Part shown: piece by piece, positions 24,005-34,144 of the stretch
Layout: every line of letters begins with the position of its first letter
Numbering within the stretch: position 1 is the first letter of the stretch
Assembly: GCA_963786935.1 (NCBI GenBank)
Contig: CAWBAN010000001.1
Location: 1,248,001-1,312,000 of the forward strand
Origin: an uncultured bacterium
GTDB taxonomy: Bacteria > Krumholzibacteriota > Krumholzibacteriia > Krumholzibacteriales > Krumholzibacteriaceae
Direction of reading: 5' to 3'
Length of the DNA stretch: 64,000 nucleotides
The notes under the pieces: model-generated
Told to the model about the DNA's origin: nothing
The model's input: only the letters and a program-made list of their open reading frames with translations
Database searches by the model: none
Translations under genes and position numbers: made by a program

Positions 24005-26887
24005 TTACAAGGCGGCGAGCCGCTTTCGGGCATCATCAACCTGCGGCCAGCCGGGATCCGCCTTCTCCCACGCCTTGAGGAAGATTCGGTATTGATCAGC
24101 TGCTTCAGCCTTTCTGCCAAGCTCCTCATAGATCTGGCCAAGCTGATACCGCGCGATGAAACGGCTGCCGTTCAGGCGCAGAAGCTCTTCGAGCACGGAG
24201 GCTGCTTCGGGCAATCGCCGCATCATTCGAAACGCACGCGCTCGATCCTCGAGCTCCCGCGCCCTATTCTCCATCCCCAGCCTGTCGAGATGCGCAAGAG
24301 CGCTGTCCGGACGGCCTTCGGCCAGAGCCACGCGCGCCGCTATCGCATGCGGAGTATATCGCACGAACAAGCCGAATTTGTCTTTCATGCCTTGAATCTG
24401 AGCAAGGCCTTCACGAGCCGCGGCCAAAGAGTCGAGATCCACCAGAGCTTCCGTGCGGAGCTTGAGCGCGAAAACAGCGGCGTAATCGACTCCCTGCACC
24501 TCGCTCAGCTCCCGCGCCAGGTCAAGAACTGGCCGTGGCCTGCCCCAGTCAAGAAGCAGCATGCTTCGCTGGTGCGCGCTCTGGACCATACTCTCAGCGT
24601 CTCTTGATCCATCGCTCTGAGTCCATTCATCATAGAGTTTCATAGCGAGGCTCAAGCGTCCTGTTTCGCTGTAGCAATCAACGAGTCCGGGCTGAGTGAT
24701 TCCAAAAAACGGCCAGCCGAAAGTGAGAGCGCGCCTCGCGCCAATTGAAATGTCGGTTCGAGATAGTAGACGCTTCAGACTTTTTTCCGCGACCAAAGGA
24801 TCTCCCCGCAAGAATGCGCATCGCGCGAGACGATACTGGAGGTTGATATCCTTGGAATCGGGATCGTAGGCACGGCGAAACGCCGCTTCGGCACTATCGA
24901 TGGAGCCGCCAACGAGAAGGTGAGCTTCGCCTACTCGTAACCATGCCACTGGATCCTCGGAGTGGCGCCGCCGATAATCGCGCGCCGAGGCCAATGCCTC
25001 TGATGCCTTGCCCTGCATGCAAAGGGCATCCTCACGCATCTCACGGAAACCTTCATCTTCAGGGTAGCGAGCTATCGCTTGTTCGGCGACAGTCTGAGCT
25101 TCGATGGCGTACCACCACCACGCCAATGCAGACACATATGCTTGCAGTATCTTGCGATCATCCGGCCATCGCGCCATCATCTCGCGATATACTTCCATAG
25201 CGTCCGTGATATGGCGATCGAGCTGCAGGCGGCGCGATTCGAGCATCATTCGGTCCTTGATGCCCAATCGGGCTCGCAGCGCCCATGCCTTATCCGCGAA
25301 CTTCCGGCCCGGAATGAACTGCGTGCGCCCCCAATAGATGTCCGCCATCCGCAGCCATGCCAGCGCAAACGTGGAGTCGATCCGCACGGCGGCTTCGAGC
25401 TCCCGTATAGCGTCGTCACCTTCGCCTTCCTGAATCGCGGCCTCTGCGGCCGCGAAATGGCGGAGCGCCTCCGGCGAGGAGCTCGTGACCTTGTCAACGG
25501 ATGCCGTGGACATCGGAGCATTGACGCCCGACTGCTTCGCCACAAGAGTCACAACCTCCGCGATGATCCCGTCCGCGAGTCCCACGAGATCCGAGTTCAC
25601 GATGCGCCTGCCGCCTACGCTTCGTCCATGGTGCGTCTCGACCAGCCGCCAGATCGCATAGGTCGATCCCTGCCGGTGCCCGATCTGCCCCGATAGCAGG
25701 TACGAAGCCCCCGCCTTGCGCGCCACTTCCATCGCTTGCTCTGACCTGATCGCGCCCATCGCTCCGCTGAACAGCCGCCGGTGCAGATCCCGAAGATACT
25801 CAGGGCTGACCACGCGGATGGGGCTCCGCTCGATCAGCCCCACCTGAAGCAGCCCACCCAAGCCGGTCGCCGAGAGTGAGTCGCTCGATCCGCCGAGATC
25901 CTCGAAATCAATGACGGCAAGGGCCATATCCGCGCCCTGGAGCGGGCGATCCCGGCCCAACAATAACCAGACGCCGACGGCCGCTATCGCGATCGCGAGA
26001 AGCGTTGCGGCCATGCGGCGGGGATGCCTGAGAAGCCTCGATCCTGTTCGGCCCGCTGCCCCTTCATGCGCGCCGCTCTGCCGCTCACGGCTCTCAAGGT
26101 CGGCCAGGAAATCCTTGATGGAGTTGTGCCTCTCATGCAGATTCTTTCGCAATGCCTTCTCGAGAACTTCCTCGATGCCGGCAGGAACATCCGACCGGTA
26201 AATGGAAATTGGCTCGAGCGACTCGTGCAGGATCCGATAAATGACGGCTTGCTCGTAATCGCCGGGAAACGCCGGCGCGCCCGTCAGCAATTCGTAGAGG
26301 ACCGTGGCGAGCGACCAGATATCCGTCCGGTGATCGACCTCCTCGCCGCGCGCCTGCTCGGGAGACATGTACCTCGCGGTTCCGAGCGTCAGGCCCGTCT
26401 TGGTCAGCTTCGTGGCGCCCGACATCTTCGCCAGCCCGAAATCCATCAGCACCGCCTGACCGTCCGGCGTAAGCATGATATTGGCCGGTTTGACATCCCG
26501 ATGCACGATTCCCTTCGCGTGGGCGGCGGCCAGCGCCTCTCCCACCTGGCGCACGATTGTCAAGGCTTCGTGCACGGAAAGCGGCCCTTCCGCAATACGA
26601 TCGCGCAGGCTCCGCCCCTCGATGCACGCCATTGCGATGAATGTGCTCCCCTCAACTTCGGCTATCTCATAGACGGGACAGATGTTGGGATGGAGAAGGG
26701 CCGCGGCGGCGCGCGCCTCGTGCATGAGACGAGCCCGATCTTCATTGTCCGCAACGGCTCCGGTCGGCAGAAATTTGAGCGCGACGGTGCGCCCGAGAGT
26801 CAGATCCTCGGCCTTGTAGACAATCCCCATCCCGCCTTCCCCAAGCTTCTCGAGGATCCGGTAATGGGAGATCGTCTGACCGATCAT
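24005..26887 (-). CDS. Hanks-type Ser/Thr protein kinase with TM segment, TolB-N-like region and TPR repeats
   Basis: LGEGGMGIVYKA, VALK, HRDVKPANI, DFG, YMSPEQ, DIWS; hydrophobic TM segment; helical TPR-like C-terminus. Confidence 0.93.
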   Translation of the reverse strand: MIGQTISHYRILEKLGEGGMGIVYKAEDLTLGRTVALKFLPTGAVADNEDRARLMHEARAAAALLHPNICPVYEIAEVEGSTFIAMACIEGRSLRDRIAEGPLSVHEALTIVRQVGEALAAAHAKGIVHRDVKPANIMLTPDGQAVLMDFGLAKMSGATKLTKTGLTLGTARYMSPEQARGEEVDHRTDIWSLATVLYELLTGAPAFPGDYEQAVIYRILHESLEPISIYRSDVPAGIEEVLEKALRKNLHERHNSIKDFLADLESRERQSGAHEGAAGRTGSRLLRHPRRMAATLLAIAIAAVGVWLLLGRDRPLQGADMALAVIDFEDLGGSSDSLSATGLGGLLQVGLIERSPIRVVSPEYLRDLHRRLFSGAMGAIRSEQAMEVARKAGASYLLSGQIGHRQGSTYAIWRLVETHHGRSVGGRRIVNSDLVGLADGIIAEVVTLVAKQSGVNAPMSTASVDKVTSSSPEALRHFAAAEAAIQEGEGDDAIRELEAAVRIDSTFALAWLRMADIYWGRTQFIPGRKFADKAWALRARLGIKDRMMLESRRLQLDRHITDAMEVYREMMARWPDDRKILQAYVSALAWWWYAIEAQTVAEQAIARYPEDEGFREMREDALCMQGKASEALASARDYRRRHSEDPVAWLRVGEAHLLVGGSIDSAEAAFRRAYDPDSKDINLQYRLARCAFLRGDPLVAEKSLKRLLSRTDISIGARRALTFGWPFFGITQPGLVDCYSETGRLSLAMKLYDEWTQSDGSRDAESMVQSAHQRSMLLLDWGRPRPVLDLARELSEVQGVDYAAVFALKLRTEALVDLDSLAAAREGLAQIQGMKDKFGLFVRYTPHAIAARVALAEGRPDSALAHLDRLGMENRARELEDRARAFRMMRRLPEAASVLEELLRLNGSRFIARYQLGQIYEELGRKAEAADQYRIFLKAWEKADPGWPQVDDARKRLAAL

Positions 26888-26958
26888 GCAGACCCCTTAA
26901 GGCAGCGGGTCAACTCAATGTTATGATTTCAATTTCGAGAGTCTCTTTGATGACAATT

Positions 26959-26987
26959 ATTCTATAGGAAGGCTGATTCCCTGTCAA
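26959..26987 (-). promoter_or_regulatory. Putative sigma70 promoter of the kinase gene
   Basis: Minus strand TTGACA-N17-TAGAAT. Confidence 0.6.
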
Positions 26988-27027
26988 TAGCGTTCGGCCG
27001 CAGTCGAAGATCCTGAACGGCTCCGTA

Positions 27028-28401
27028 TCAAGCACCGCGCGGACGCGAATCCCCCCGGGCGAGGGAGGCGAAAATGCCTGCCGCGCTCAGCGCCGCGAAG
27101 ATGACGAAGGCGACCCGTACGCTCCCCAGGAACGCCACATGGCGCTCGGGCGTGATATGGACGTCCCCCATCCGCACGGCGAAGACGAGCATCGCGATCC
27201 CCATGCTCAGCATCTGCCCGATCATCCGCGCCGTGGCGAGCGTCGCGGAAGCGACGCCGTAGCGCCGCGGCTCGACACAGCTCATGACCGCGTTCGTGTT
27301 CGGCGACGAGAAGAGCGCGAAACCGAGACCGAGCAGCATCAGGTTCACGATGACGGTCGCCGTCCGAGTCCCCTCCCCCAGAGGGATGAGAAAGACAAGC
27401 GCCGCGGCGGTCACCGCCATACCGGCGGACGCGACGATCCTCGATTCGATCCGGTCCGAGAGCCTCCCCGCGAAGGGGGAGAAGGCCGCCATCACGATCG
27501 GCTGGGCGACGAGGACGAGACCGGCGCCCTGCGGGGTGAGCGCCTTGATGTACTGGAGGTACAGGCTCATGAGAAAGGTCACGGCGAAGCTCGCGCTGTA
27601 GTTGATGAGGGCGGCGATGTTCGAGAAGACGAACACGCGGTTCCCCGCGAAAAGCTCCATGTGGAGCAGCGGATGCTTCGCATGAAGCTCCCAGCGGACG
27701 AACGCGGCGATACCGAGCATGCCCGCGAGCAGCAGCCACACCCCTTCGGCCAAGGGGAGTCGCGAAAACCCGTACATGATCGCGGCGAGGGACGGAACGC
27801 AGATGAACGCGCCGGGGAAATCGAACCGCTCCCCCCGGGCCTCCGCCCACTCGCCCTTGAGCTTCGCGACGACGAGGGCGATCACGGCGATACCGAGCGG
27901 CACGGTGACGAAAAAGACGCTCCGCCATCCGAAGTGCTGCGTGAGCATCCCCCCGGCGACGGGACCGAGCGAGAGACCGACGTACACCGCCGCCGTCGTG
28001 AGCCCGAGCGCCCGCCCCCGCTCCGGGCCGGGTATCACCGAGGTCACGATCGCCACTCCCGTGGAGAAGGTCATCGAAGCGCCGATCCCCTGCACGATCC
28101 GCAGCGCGATGAGGGCCGACGCCGAGGGCGCGAAGCCGCAGCACGCCGACGCGATCGTGTAGATCGTCATGCCGGCGAGGAATACCCTCTTCCTGCCATG
28201 GATATCGGCCGCCTTGCCGAACGGAACGAGGAACACCGCGGCGGCGAAGATGTACGAGGTCACGACCCAGCCGAGCGCGAGCGCGCTCATCGAGAGTTCC
28301 TTCCCGATCGTCGGGAGCGCGATCGTGACCGCGGACGCCGTGAACGGCGTCACGAAGGAGGCGATCGTCGCGATGAGGAGCACGATTCGTTTGTTCATCA
28401 T
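27028..28401 (-). CDS. MFS transporter (DHA2/EmrB-like)
   Basis: GKAADIHGRK motif A, RIVQGIG, GLSLGPVAGG motif C, FSSPN; about 13-14 TM segments. Confidence 0.9.
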   Translation of the reverse strand: MMNKRIVLLIATIASFVTPFTASAVTIALPTIGKELSMSALALGWVVTSYIFAAAVFLVPFGKAADIHGRKRVFLAGMTIYTIASACCGFAPSASALIALRIVQGIGASMTFSTGVAIVTSVIPGPERGRALGLTTAAVYVGLSLGPVAGGMLTQHFGWRSVFFVTVPLGIAVIALVVAKLKGEWAEARGERFDFPGAFICVPSLAAIMYGFSRLPLAEGVWLLLAGMLGIAAFVRWELHAKHPLLHMELFAGNRVFVFSNIAALINYSASFAVTFLMSLYLQYIKALTPQGAGLVLVAQPIVMAAFSPFAGRLSDRIESRIVASAGMAVTAAALVFLIPLGEGTRTATVIVNLMLLGLGFALFSSPNTNAVMSCVEPRRYGVASATLATARMIGQMLSMGIAMLVFAVRMGDVHITPERHVAFLGSVRVAFVIFAALSAAGIFASLARGDSRPRGA

Positions 28402-28955
28402 TGCATCGAGAATCCGTGAGCGCCGATGCGCTCGCCGACGCTCCAGTACTCCCCTCCCACGTAGACGACGAGCGGCAGCTTCGAATAATCGACCCGGTTG
28501 CCCGCGACGAGCCCCGCGTCGGCACGACGCTCGACGATCTCGCCGATGAACATGTCGTGGACGCCGAGCGGCACGATTTGCAGCAGGCGGCACTCGAAGT
28601 TGACGGGGCATTCGGCGACGATCGGCGCCTCGACGGCCGATCCGTCCAGAGGCGTGAGGCCGGTGCGCGCGAACTTGTCCCCGTCGCGCCCCGAGACGAC
28701 GCCGCAGAGATCGACCTGCCGCACGAGGTCGCGGGTCGGCACGTTGACCGTGAAAACGCCGCTTTCCTTGATCATCCGGTGGGAATGCCGGGACGGCCTG
28801 ATCGACACGTGCACGACGGGCGGATCTGAGCAGTCGACGCCGGTCCACGCGATCGTGAGCACGTTGCGCCCGAGCGAGCGGTGCGCGCACCCGACGAGGA
28901 CGACGGGCGTCGGCGAAAGCACCTGCGCCCTGGAAAACGCGACCTTTTCGGTCAT
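28398..28955 (-). CDS. Flavin reductase family protein (flavoredoxin-like)
   Basis: PTPVVLV, IRPSRHS, FTVNVP, CG..SGRDGDKF, ECPVNFEC, HDMFIGEI. Confidence 0.88.
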   Translation of the reverse strand: MTEKVAFSRAQVLSPTPVVLVGCAHRSLGRNVLTIAWTGVDCSDPPVVHVSIRPSRHSHRMIKESGVFTVNVPTRDLVRQVDLCGVVSGRDGDKFARTGLTPLDGSAVEAPIVAECPVNFECRLLQIVPLGVHDMFIGEIVERRADAGLVAGNRVDYSKLPLVVYVGGEYWSVGERIGAHGFSMQ

Positions 28956-28980
28956 CGGAACCTCCCCTGCATGCTCAAAC

Positions 28981-29013
28981 GAAAGCCCCCTTCGCGTCCG
29001 GCGCAAGGGGGCT
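28981..29013 (-). terminator. Probable terminator downstream of nrdJ
   Basis: Minus strand agcccccttgcg-ccgga-cgcgaagggggct followed by ttcgttt. Confidence 0.55.
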
Positions 29014-29048
29014 CGTTGAACGGATCGATGAAGACGGCGCCGCGCGCC

Positions 29049-31310
29049 TCACCCGCATTTTGAAAAACCGCACTCCCGACACACCGCGCATCCGCTCTCG
29101 TGCTCGAGGCCCCCCCCGCAATCGGGGCAGGAGCCGGCGATCTTGTCGTGATAAGCGCTCGCGGCCTTCACGGCCTTTTTCCCCACGGGGGTCTTCTTCT
29201 CGCTCAGGTAGCGCTCCATCGCCTTCGCGATCGCGTCGCTGCACGAGAGGATCATTCCTCCCTTTTCCCATCCGGGATTCGGGCACCGGACGCCGTGGAG
29301 CTGCTTGACGATCGCCTTCGGATCGAGCCCCGCGCGGAGCGAGAGCGAGATGAGACGGCTGATCGCCTCGGCCTGCGACGACGAGCAGCCGCCGGCCTTC
29401 CCCATCTGCGTGAACACCTCGAAGAGCCCGTGCTCGTCCTCGTTGATCGTGACGTAGAGATTGCCGCAGCCCGTCGTCATCTTGCGGGTGCTTCCCGTGA
29501 TCACGGCGGGGCGCGCCCGCGGCGTGAGCAGCGACTCGTCGATGACGGGGTACGTCTTCTCCTCGGCGGGGCGGTTCACCTTGCCGATGTTGAGCACCTG
29601 CTCGCTGCGGCTCCCGTCCCGGTAGATCGTCACACCCTTGCACCCGAGCTCGTACGCCTGCAGGTACACCTTCTCGACGTCCTCTTTCGTCGCGCTGTTC
29701 GAGAAATTGACCGTCTTCGAAACGGCGTTGTCCGTGTACTTCTGGAACGCCGCCTGCACCCGAATGTGCCAATCGGGATTGATATCGTGCGCGGTGATGA
29801 AGATCCTGCGCCACTTCTCCGGTATCTCCTCGATCCCTTGCACGCAGCCCTTCTGCGCGATCTTCTTCATGAGCTCGTCCGAATAGAACCCCTCGCGCGT
29901 CGCGATCTCCTTGAACAGCGGGTTGACCTCGACGAGCTCGTCGTTGTCCATGACGTTGCGCACGAAGGCGACGGCGAATATCGGCTCGATGCCGCTCGAG
30001 CAGCCGGCGATGATGCTCAGCGTTCCGGTCGGCGCGATCGTCGTCGCCGTCGCGTTGCGCATCTTCGGCGCGTCGTCCTTGTCGTACACGCTCCCCTTGA
30101 ACGACGGGAAGGTGCCGCGCTCCTCGGCGAGCGCGGCGCTCGCCGCGCGCGCCTCGCGCTGGATGAAGCCCATGACTTCCTCGGCGACCTCGAGCGCCTC
30201 CTTCGAGTCGTACGGGATCTCGAGCTGCACGAGCAGATCGGCGAATCCCATGACGCCGAGGCCGACCTTGCGGTTCCGCAGCGTCATCTCGCGGATTTTC
30301 TCGAGCGGGTAGCGGTTCATGTCGATGACGTCGTCGAGGAAGCGCATCGCTTTCGCGACGATGTCGCCGAGCGTCTTGAAATCGACCTTCGGCTTGCCGC
30401 CGGTCCGATCGACCATGTGCGAAAGGTTGATCGAGCCGAGGTTGCACGACTCGTACGGGAGCAGCGGCTGCTCGCCGCAGGGATTCGTGCTCTCGATCGT
30501 CCCGACGTGCGGCGTCGGATTGGACTTGTTGATCCGGTCGAGGAACACGACGCCCGGTTCGCCGTTCTTCCACGCGAACTCGACGATCATCTCGAACACC
30601 TTGCGCGCGGGGATGCGGTCGACCTCCTCGCCGCCGTGCGGATTGACGAGCGTGTAGGAGCGGTCCTCCTTCACGGCCTTCATGAACTCGTCGGTGACTC
30701 CCACCGATATGTTGAAGTTGTTGAGCTTCGAGTTGTCGCGCTTGGCCGAGATGAAATCGAGGATATCGGGATGATCGACGCGGAGGATCGCCATGTTCGC
30801 GCCGCGCCGGGTGCCTCCCTGCTTCACCGTTTCCGTCGCCGCGTCGAAGACGGTCATGAACGAGATGGGGCCGCTCGAAATCCCCTTCGTCGTTTTCACG
30901 ACGTCGTTCTTCGGGCGGATGCGGGAGAACGAGAATCCCGTCCCGCCGCCGCTCTTATGGATAAGGGCCGTATGCTTGATCGTTTCGAAGATGCTCTCCA
31001 TCGAGTCCTCGATCGGAAGGACGAAGCATGCCGACAGCTGCTGGAGCTCGGCGCCCGCGTTCATGAGGGTCGGCGAGTTGGGCAGGAAATCGAGGGAGGC
31101 CATCATGCGGTAGTACTCCTCTTCCCACTGCCGGCACCGCTCCGCCTTGCCGTAAAGCCGCTCCGCCGTGGCGACGTTGTTCGCGACCCGCCGGAACAGC
31201 TCCTCCCCCGTTTCCGTCACGTTTCCGTCCACATCCTTGCGAAGGTAGCGCTTCTCGAGAACACGCAGGGCATTTTCGGAAAGCTGCGGTTTCATCCGCG
31301 ACGAATCCAT
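29049..31310 (-). CDS. nrdJ: Class II (adenosylcobalamin-dependent) ribonucleotide reductase with C-terminal TSCPD and zinc-ribbon domains
   Basis: PNSPTLMNAG, SACF, TNPCGEQ, CNLGS, TIAPTGT, DNAVSKT, KGVTIYRDG, GCGNLYVT, CPDC...CAVCRECG; no N-terminal ATP cone seen. Confidence 0.96.
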   Translation of the reverse strand: MDSSRMKPQLSENALRVLEKRYLRKDVDGNVTETGEELFRRVANNVATAERLYGKAERCRQWEEEYYRMMASLDFLPNSPTLMNAGAELQQLSACFVLPIEDSMESIFETIKHTALIHKSGGGTGFSFSRIRPKNDVVKTTKGISSGPISFMTVFDAATETVKQGGTRRGANMAILRVDHPDILDFISAKRDNSKLNNFNISVGVTDEFMKAVKEDRSYTLVNPHGGEEVDRIPARKVFEMIVEFAWKNGEPGVVFLDRINKSNPTPHVGTIESTNPCGEQPLLPYESCNLGSINLSHMVDRTGGKPKVDFKTLGDIVAKAMRFLDDVIDMNRYPLEKIREMTLRNRKVGLGVMGFADLLVQLEIPYDSKEALEVAEEVMGFIQREARAASAALAEERGTFPSFKGSVYDKDDAPKMRNATATTIAPTGTLSIIAGCSSGIEPIFAVAFVRNVMDNDELVEVNPLFKEIATREGFYSDELMKKIAQKGCVQGIEEIPEKWRRIFITAHDINPDWHIRVQAAFQKYTDNAVSKTVNFSNSATKEDVEKVYLQAYELGCKGVTIYRDGSRSEQVLNIGKVNRPAEEKTYPVIDESLLTPRARPAVITGSTRKMTTGCGNLYVTINEDEHGLFEVFTQMGKAGGCSSSQAEAISRLISLSLRAGLDPKAIVKQLHGVRCPNPGWEKGGMILSCSDAIAKAMERYLSEKKTPVGKKAVKAASAYHDKIAGSCPDCGGGLEHESGCAVCRECGFSKCG

Positions 31311-31375
31311 TCCAACCTCCGTTCCAGCAATAAGTTATAATGATGATCCGGTCTGCCCTGCCCTCAATCTATTCA

Positions 31376-31428
31376 GTCCTATATATTGGGGCGAGACACA
31401 ATATTGCATACCAGATATAGGGTGTCAA
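31376..31428 (-). promoter_or_regulatory. Tandem NrdR boxes overlapping the nrdJ promoter
   Basis: gtcCTATATATTGggg (31376-31391) and ataCCAGATATAGggt (31408-31423) match acaCwAtATaTwGtg, 32 bp apart; minus-strand TTGACA (31423-31428)-N17-AATATT overlaps the second box. Confidence 0.85.
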
Positions 31429-31601
31429 CACATAATTCCTTAAAAAATCTCGCCCCTTCGCGGCCGCTTTTCCGACGACTCACAATCGCCACCATCTGAT
31501 ATTATAATAATAGGTTATGGAATTTTGCACCCCCCCCCGGCGCGCTCCTTCTTCCACTATTTTCTTCCGGCAAAACGGCCCTCCATGCTACTCTGTACCA
31601 A

Positions 31602-32246
31602 ATGCTCATCACAAGGATCATATCGACGTTCCTGATTGCGCTCTCGATCGCGTCGGTGAGTGCGCATGCGCAGACGCTCGCTCAATTCGGCGGCGCCTCC
31701 GCGTCGGCTGACGGCGAGGGCGCAGTCTTCATGCTCGCCGGAAACGACGCCTTCCGCGCCGGCGTCGGCGCGCGGTTCAACATCGCGCGCGTGAGCGATT
31801 TCGGAGTGCAGTTCGGCGTCGACCGCGAGTGCGAGGAGACCTTCTACGGCGGCGGCGTCGACCTCAAGATCGTCGTGCTCGAACGCACGCCGCGCCTGCC
31901 GATCGCCGTCGCGCTCGACGCCTCGGTCGGCGACCTGATGAACGACTCGGCGGGCAGATTCATCTTCGATTTCGGAATCCTCGTGAGCGGCTCCATCCCG
32001 ACGGGGAAGGGGCGCTCGATCGAACCCTACGGTTCGCTGATCGTACGCGTACAGGAGATGGACCAGAAGAGCGGCGAGGAAGTGCTCGCCGATTGCCTCT
32101 GCCCCGACGCGAAGGACGGAACGGACGCGGGCGCGTTCGCGCGGGTCGGCGTCAAGATTCCGGTCTCGAGCGACAGCCAGATCCTCGTCGAGGCGGACCT
32201 GCACCGAACGATCCTCTTCGGCGCGGCCTTCAACATCATCTTCTAG
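31602..32246 (+). CDS. Probable small outer-membrane beta-barrel protein
   Basis: Signal peptide (AHA), alternating amphipathic strands, C-terminal Phe (AAFNIIF). Confidence 0.6.
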   Translation: MLITRIISTFLIALSIASVSAHAQTLAQFGGASASADGEGAVFMLAGNDAFRAGVGARFNIARVSDFGVQFGVDRECEETFYGGGVDLKIVVLERTPRLPIAVALDASVGDLMNDSAGRFIFDFGILVSGSIPTGKGRSIEPYGSLIVRVQEMDQKSGEEVLADCLCPDAKDGTDAGAFARVGVKIPVSSDSQILVEADLHRTILFGAAFNIIF

Positions 32247-32300
32247 GTGATAATGCAATCTGGTGCGCGGGTGGCGCCCATGGGGCCCCCGCCCGCGCGC

Positions 32301-33110
32301 TCAGGCGGTCTTCTCGGCGACGACGACGGTGATGTTGTCGCTCCCGCCCTCTTCCTTCGCGCGCTTGACGAGCCTTTTGCAGACCTTGTCGGGAGCGCCG
32401 CCCGCCGCGATCTCCGCGATCTCGTCGTCGCCGAGCATCGAGTAGAGACCGTCGGAACAGATGAGGATACGATCCCCCGGCGCCAGCGGGATCGATTCCG
32501 TGATGTCGACGTCGAGGTTGCCGCGCAGGCCCATCGCCTTCGTGATAACGTTCCGGTGCGGATGCCGCACGGCGTCCTCCCTGCTCAGCATCCCCTTGCG
32601 GACCATCTCGCCAACGACGCTGTGATCGTCGGTGAGCTGCTTGAATACGCCGGCGCTCAGCATGTACGCGCGGGAATCCCCCGCGTGCGCGATATGGACC
32701 ACGTCGGGGAGGAGCACGATCGCGGTGCACGTCGTGCCGGCGGAGCCGCTGCGCCCCTCGCCGACCGTTTCGAACACCTCGCGATTCGCCTCGAGAAACG
32801 CCCAGCGCAGACGGTTCACCGCCGGAGCGGCGATGGAGCTGCGCGATTCGTGCAGCGCCCCGCCGTGGCCGCGCTCCGTGACGTCGGCCCCGGTGCCGTC
32901 ATAATAAACGCGCCCCATCACCTCGACCGATTTCCTGCTCGCTTCGGCTCCGGACAGATGCCCCCCCATGCCGTCGGCGACGATCGCGAGCACGCCGAGG
33001 CTCGCGACGATCTCCTCCGACTCGGGCACGTAGATGCCGTAGAAATCCTCGTTGCGTTCGCGGATCGAGCCTCGATCGCTCTCGGCCCCGAATTGGTAGC
33101 TCACCGGCAT
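32301..33110 (-). CDS. PP2C/Stp1-family Ser/Thr phosphatase
   Basis: RERNED, VADGMGGH, GTT, HAGDSRAY, DHS, CSDGL, GGSDNIT. Confidence 0.94.
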   Translation of the reverse strand: MPVSYQFGAESDRGSIRERNEDFYGIYVPESEEIVASLGVLAIVADGMGGHLSGAEASRKSVEVMGRVYYDGTGADVTERGHGGALHESRSSIAAPAVNRLRWAFLEANREVFETVGEGRSGSAGTTCTAIVLLPDVVHIAHAGDSRAYMLSAGVFKQLTDDHSVVGEMVRKGMLSREDAVRHPHRNVITKAMGLRGNLDVDITESIPLAPGDRILICSDGLYSMLGDDEIAEIAAGGAPDKVCKRLVKRAKEEGGSDNITVVVAEKTA

Positions 33111-33256
33111 ATCACGTATCCCCGCAAAGGAGCCCTTGTTTTGTCCGATATTCGATGCTAGATTGCCTGAAGAAAGGTAGCGAGCCGCGCGTGCACCGTC
33201 AATTGAAATCGCGGATTCCGGCGGCGGGCGGGCGCGGGCGACGGGGATGTGCGCCG

Positions 33257-34144
33257 ATGCCTGAAACACGAACGAAACGCCTGCGGCCCCACGCGGCGCT
33301 CGGCGCGGCGATCATGCTCGCCGCGGGGATTCTCCTCGCCGCCGGCAATCGCTGGGTCGGCGCCTACTTCACCCCGCTCATGTGGACCGGCTACATCATC
33401 ATGATCGACGCGCTCGTCGCCGCGAGCACGGGAGAAAGCCCCCTCACGAAGCGGCGCGGAGAGTTCCTCCTGCTGCTTCCCCTCTCGATCGCCGGCTGGT
33501 ACGTATTCGAGGGCGTGAACCTTCTCCTGAAGAACTGGTCGTACGTCAATCTTCCCGAGACGACCGCCGCGCGCTGGCTCGGATACGCGTGGGCGTACGC
33601 GACGATCACGCCCGCCATCCTCGTAACCGCCGCGCTCGTCGATTCGCTCGCCGGAGAGCGCTTCCGCAACGGCCGCCCGCTCTCGCTCGGGCGCGGCGTC
33701 GAGACCGCGTTCTTCTTCGCCGGCGTCCTCTCGTTCGCGGCCCTTCTCGTCTTCCCCTCGCCGTGGCTCTGCTTTCTCCCGTGGATCAGCGTGCTGCTCT
33801 GGTTCGAGGGCATGAACGACCGGCTCGGCGTCGGATCGTTCGGGGCGGCGTTCCGGAAGGGTGACTACAGCCTCTTCGTATCGCTCCTCGTCTCCGGCGC
33901 CGTCTGCGGAATCCTCTGGGAGTCGTGGAACTACCGGGCGATCACCAAGTGGCACTACGACGTTCCCTACCTCCCCGGCGTGAAGCTCTTCGAGATGCCC
34001 GTTCTCGGCTATCTCGGTTTTCCGCCTTTCGCCCTCGAGTGCTGGCTCATGTACCGGCTCTTCCGCTTTTTGACGCCGGTGCGGGGGGACGCGGACGCGC
34101 TCGGCGCTCCGTGGAGCGGCGCGAAACCGGGGGAGGCGCCATGA
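33257..34144 (+). CDS. Conserved polytopic membrane protein
   Basis: About 8 hydrophobic segments; W..FE..N...NW.Y and WESWN...KW.Y...LFEMPVLGYLGFPPF motifs. Confidence 0.75.
   Translation: MPETRTKRLRPHAALGAAIMLAAGILLAAGNRWVGAYFTPLMWTGYIIMIDALVAASTGESPLTKRRGEFLLLLPLSIAGWYVFEGVNLLLKNWSYVNLPETTAARWLGYAWAYATITPAILVTAALVDSLAGERFRNGRPLSLGRGVETAFFFAGVLSFAALLVFPSPWLCFLPWISVLLWFEGMNDRLGVGSFGAAFRKGDYSLFVSLLVSGAVCGILWESWNYRAITKWHYDVPYLPGVKLFEMPVLGYLGFPPFALECWLMYRLFRFLTPVRGDADALGAPWSGAKPGEAP

Noticed and set aside
31311..31601. Possible cobalamin riboswitch upstream of B12-dependent nrdJ
   Set aside because: No B12-box-like elements were recognised; the promoter and NrdR boxes lie close to the gene, leaving a short leader.
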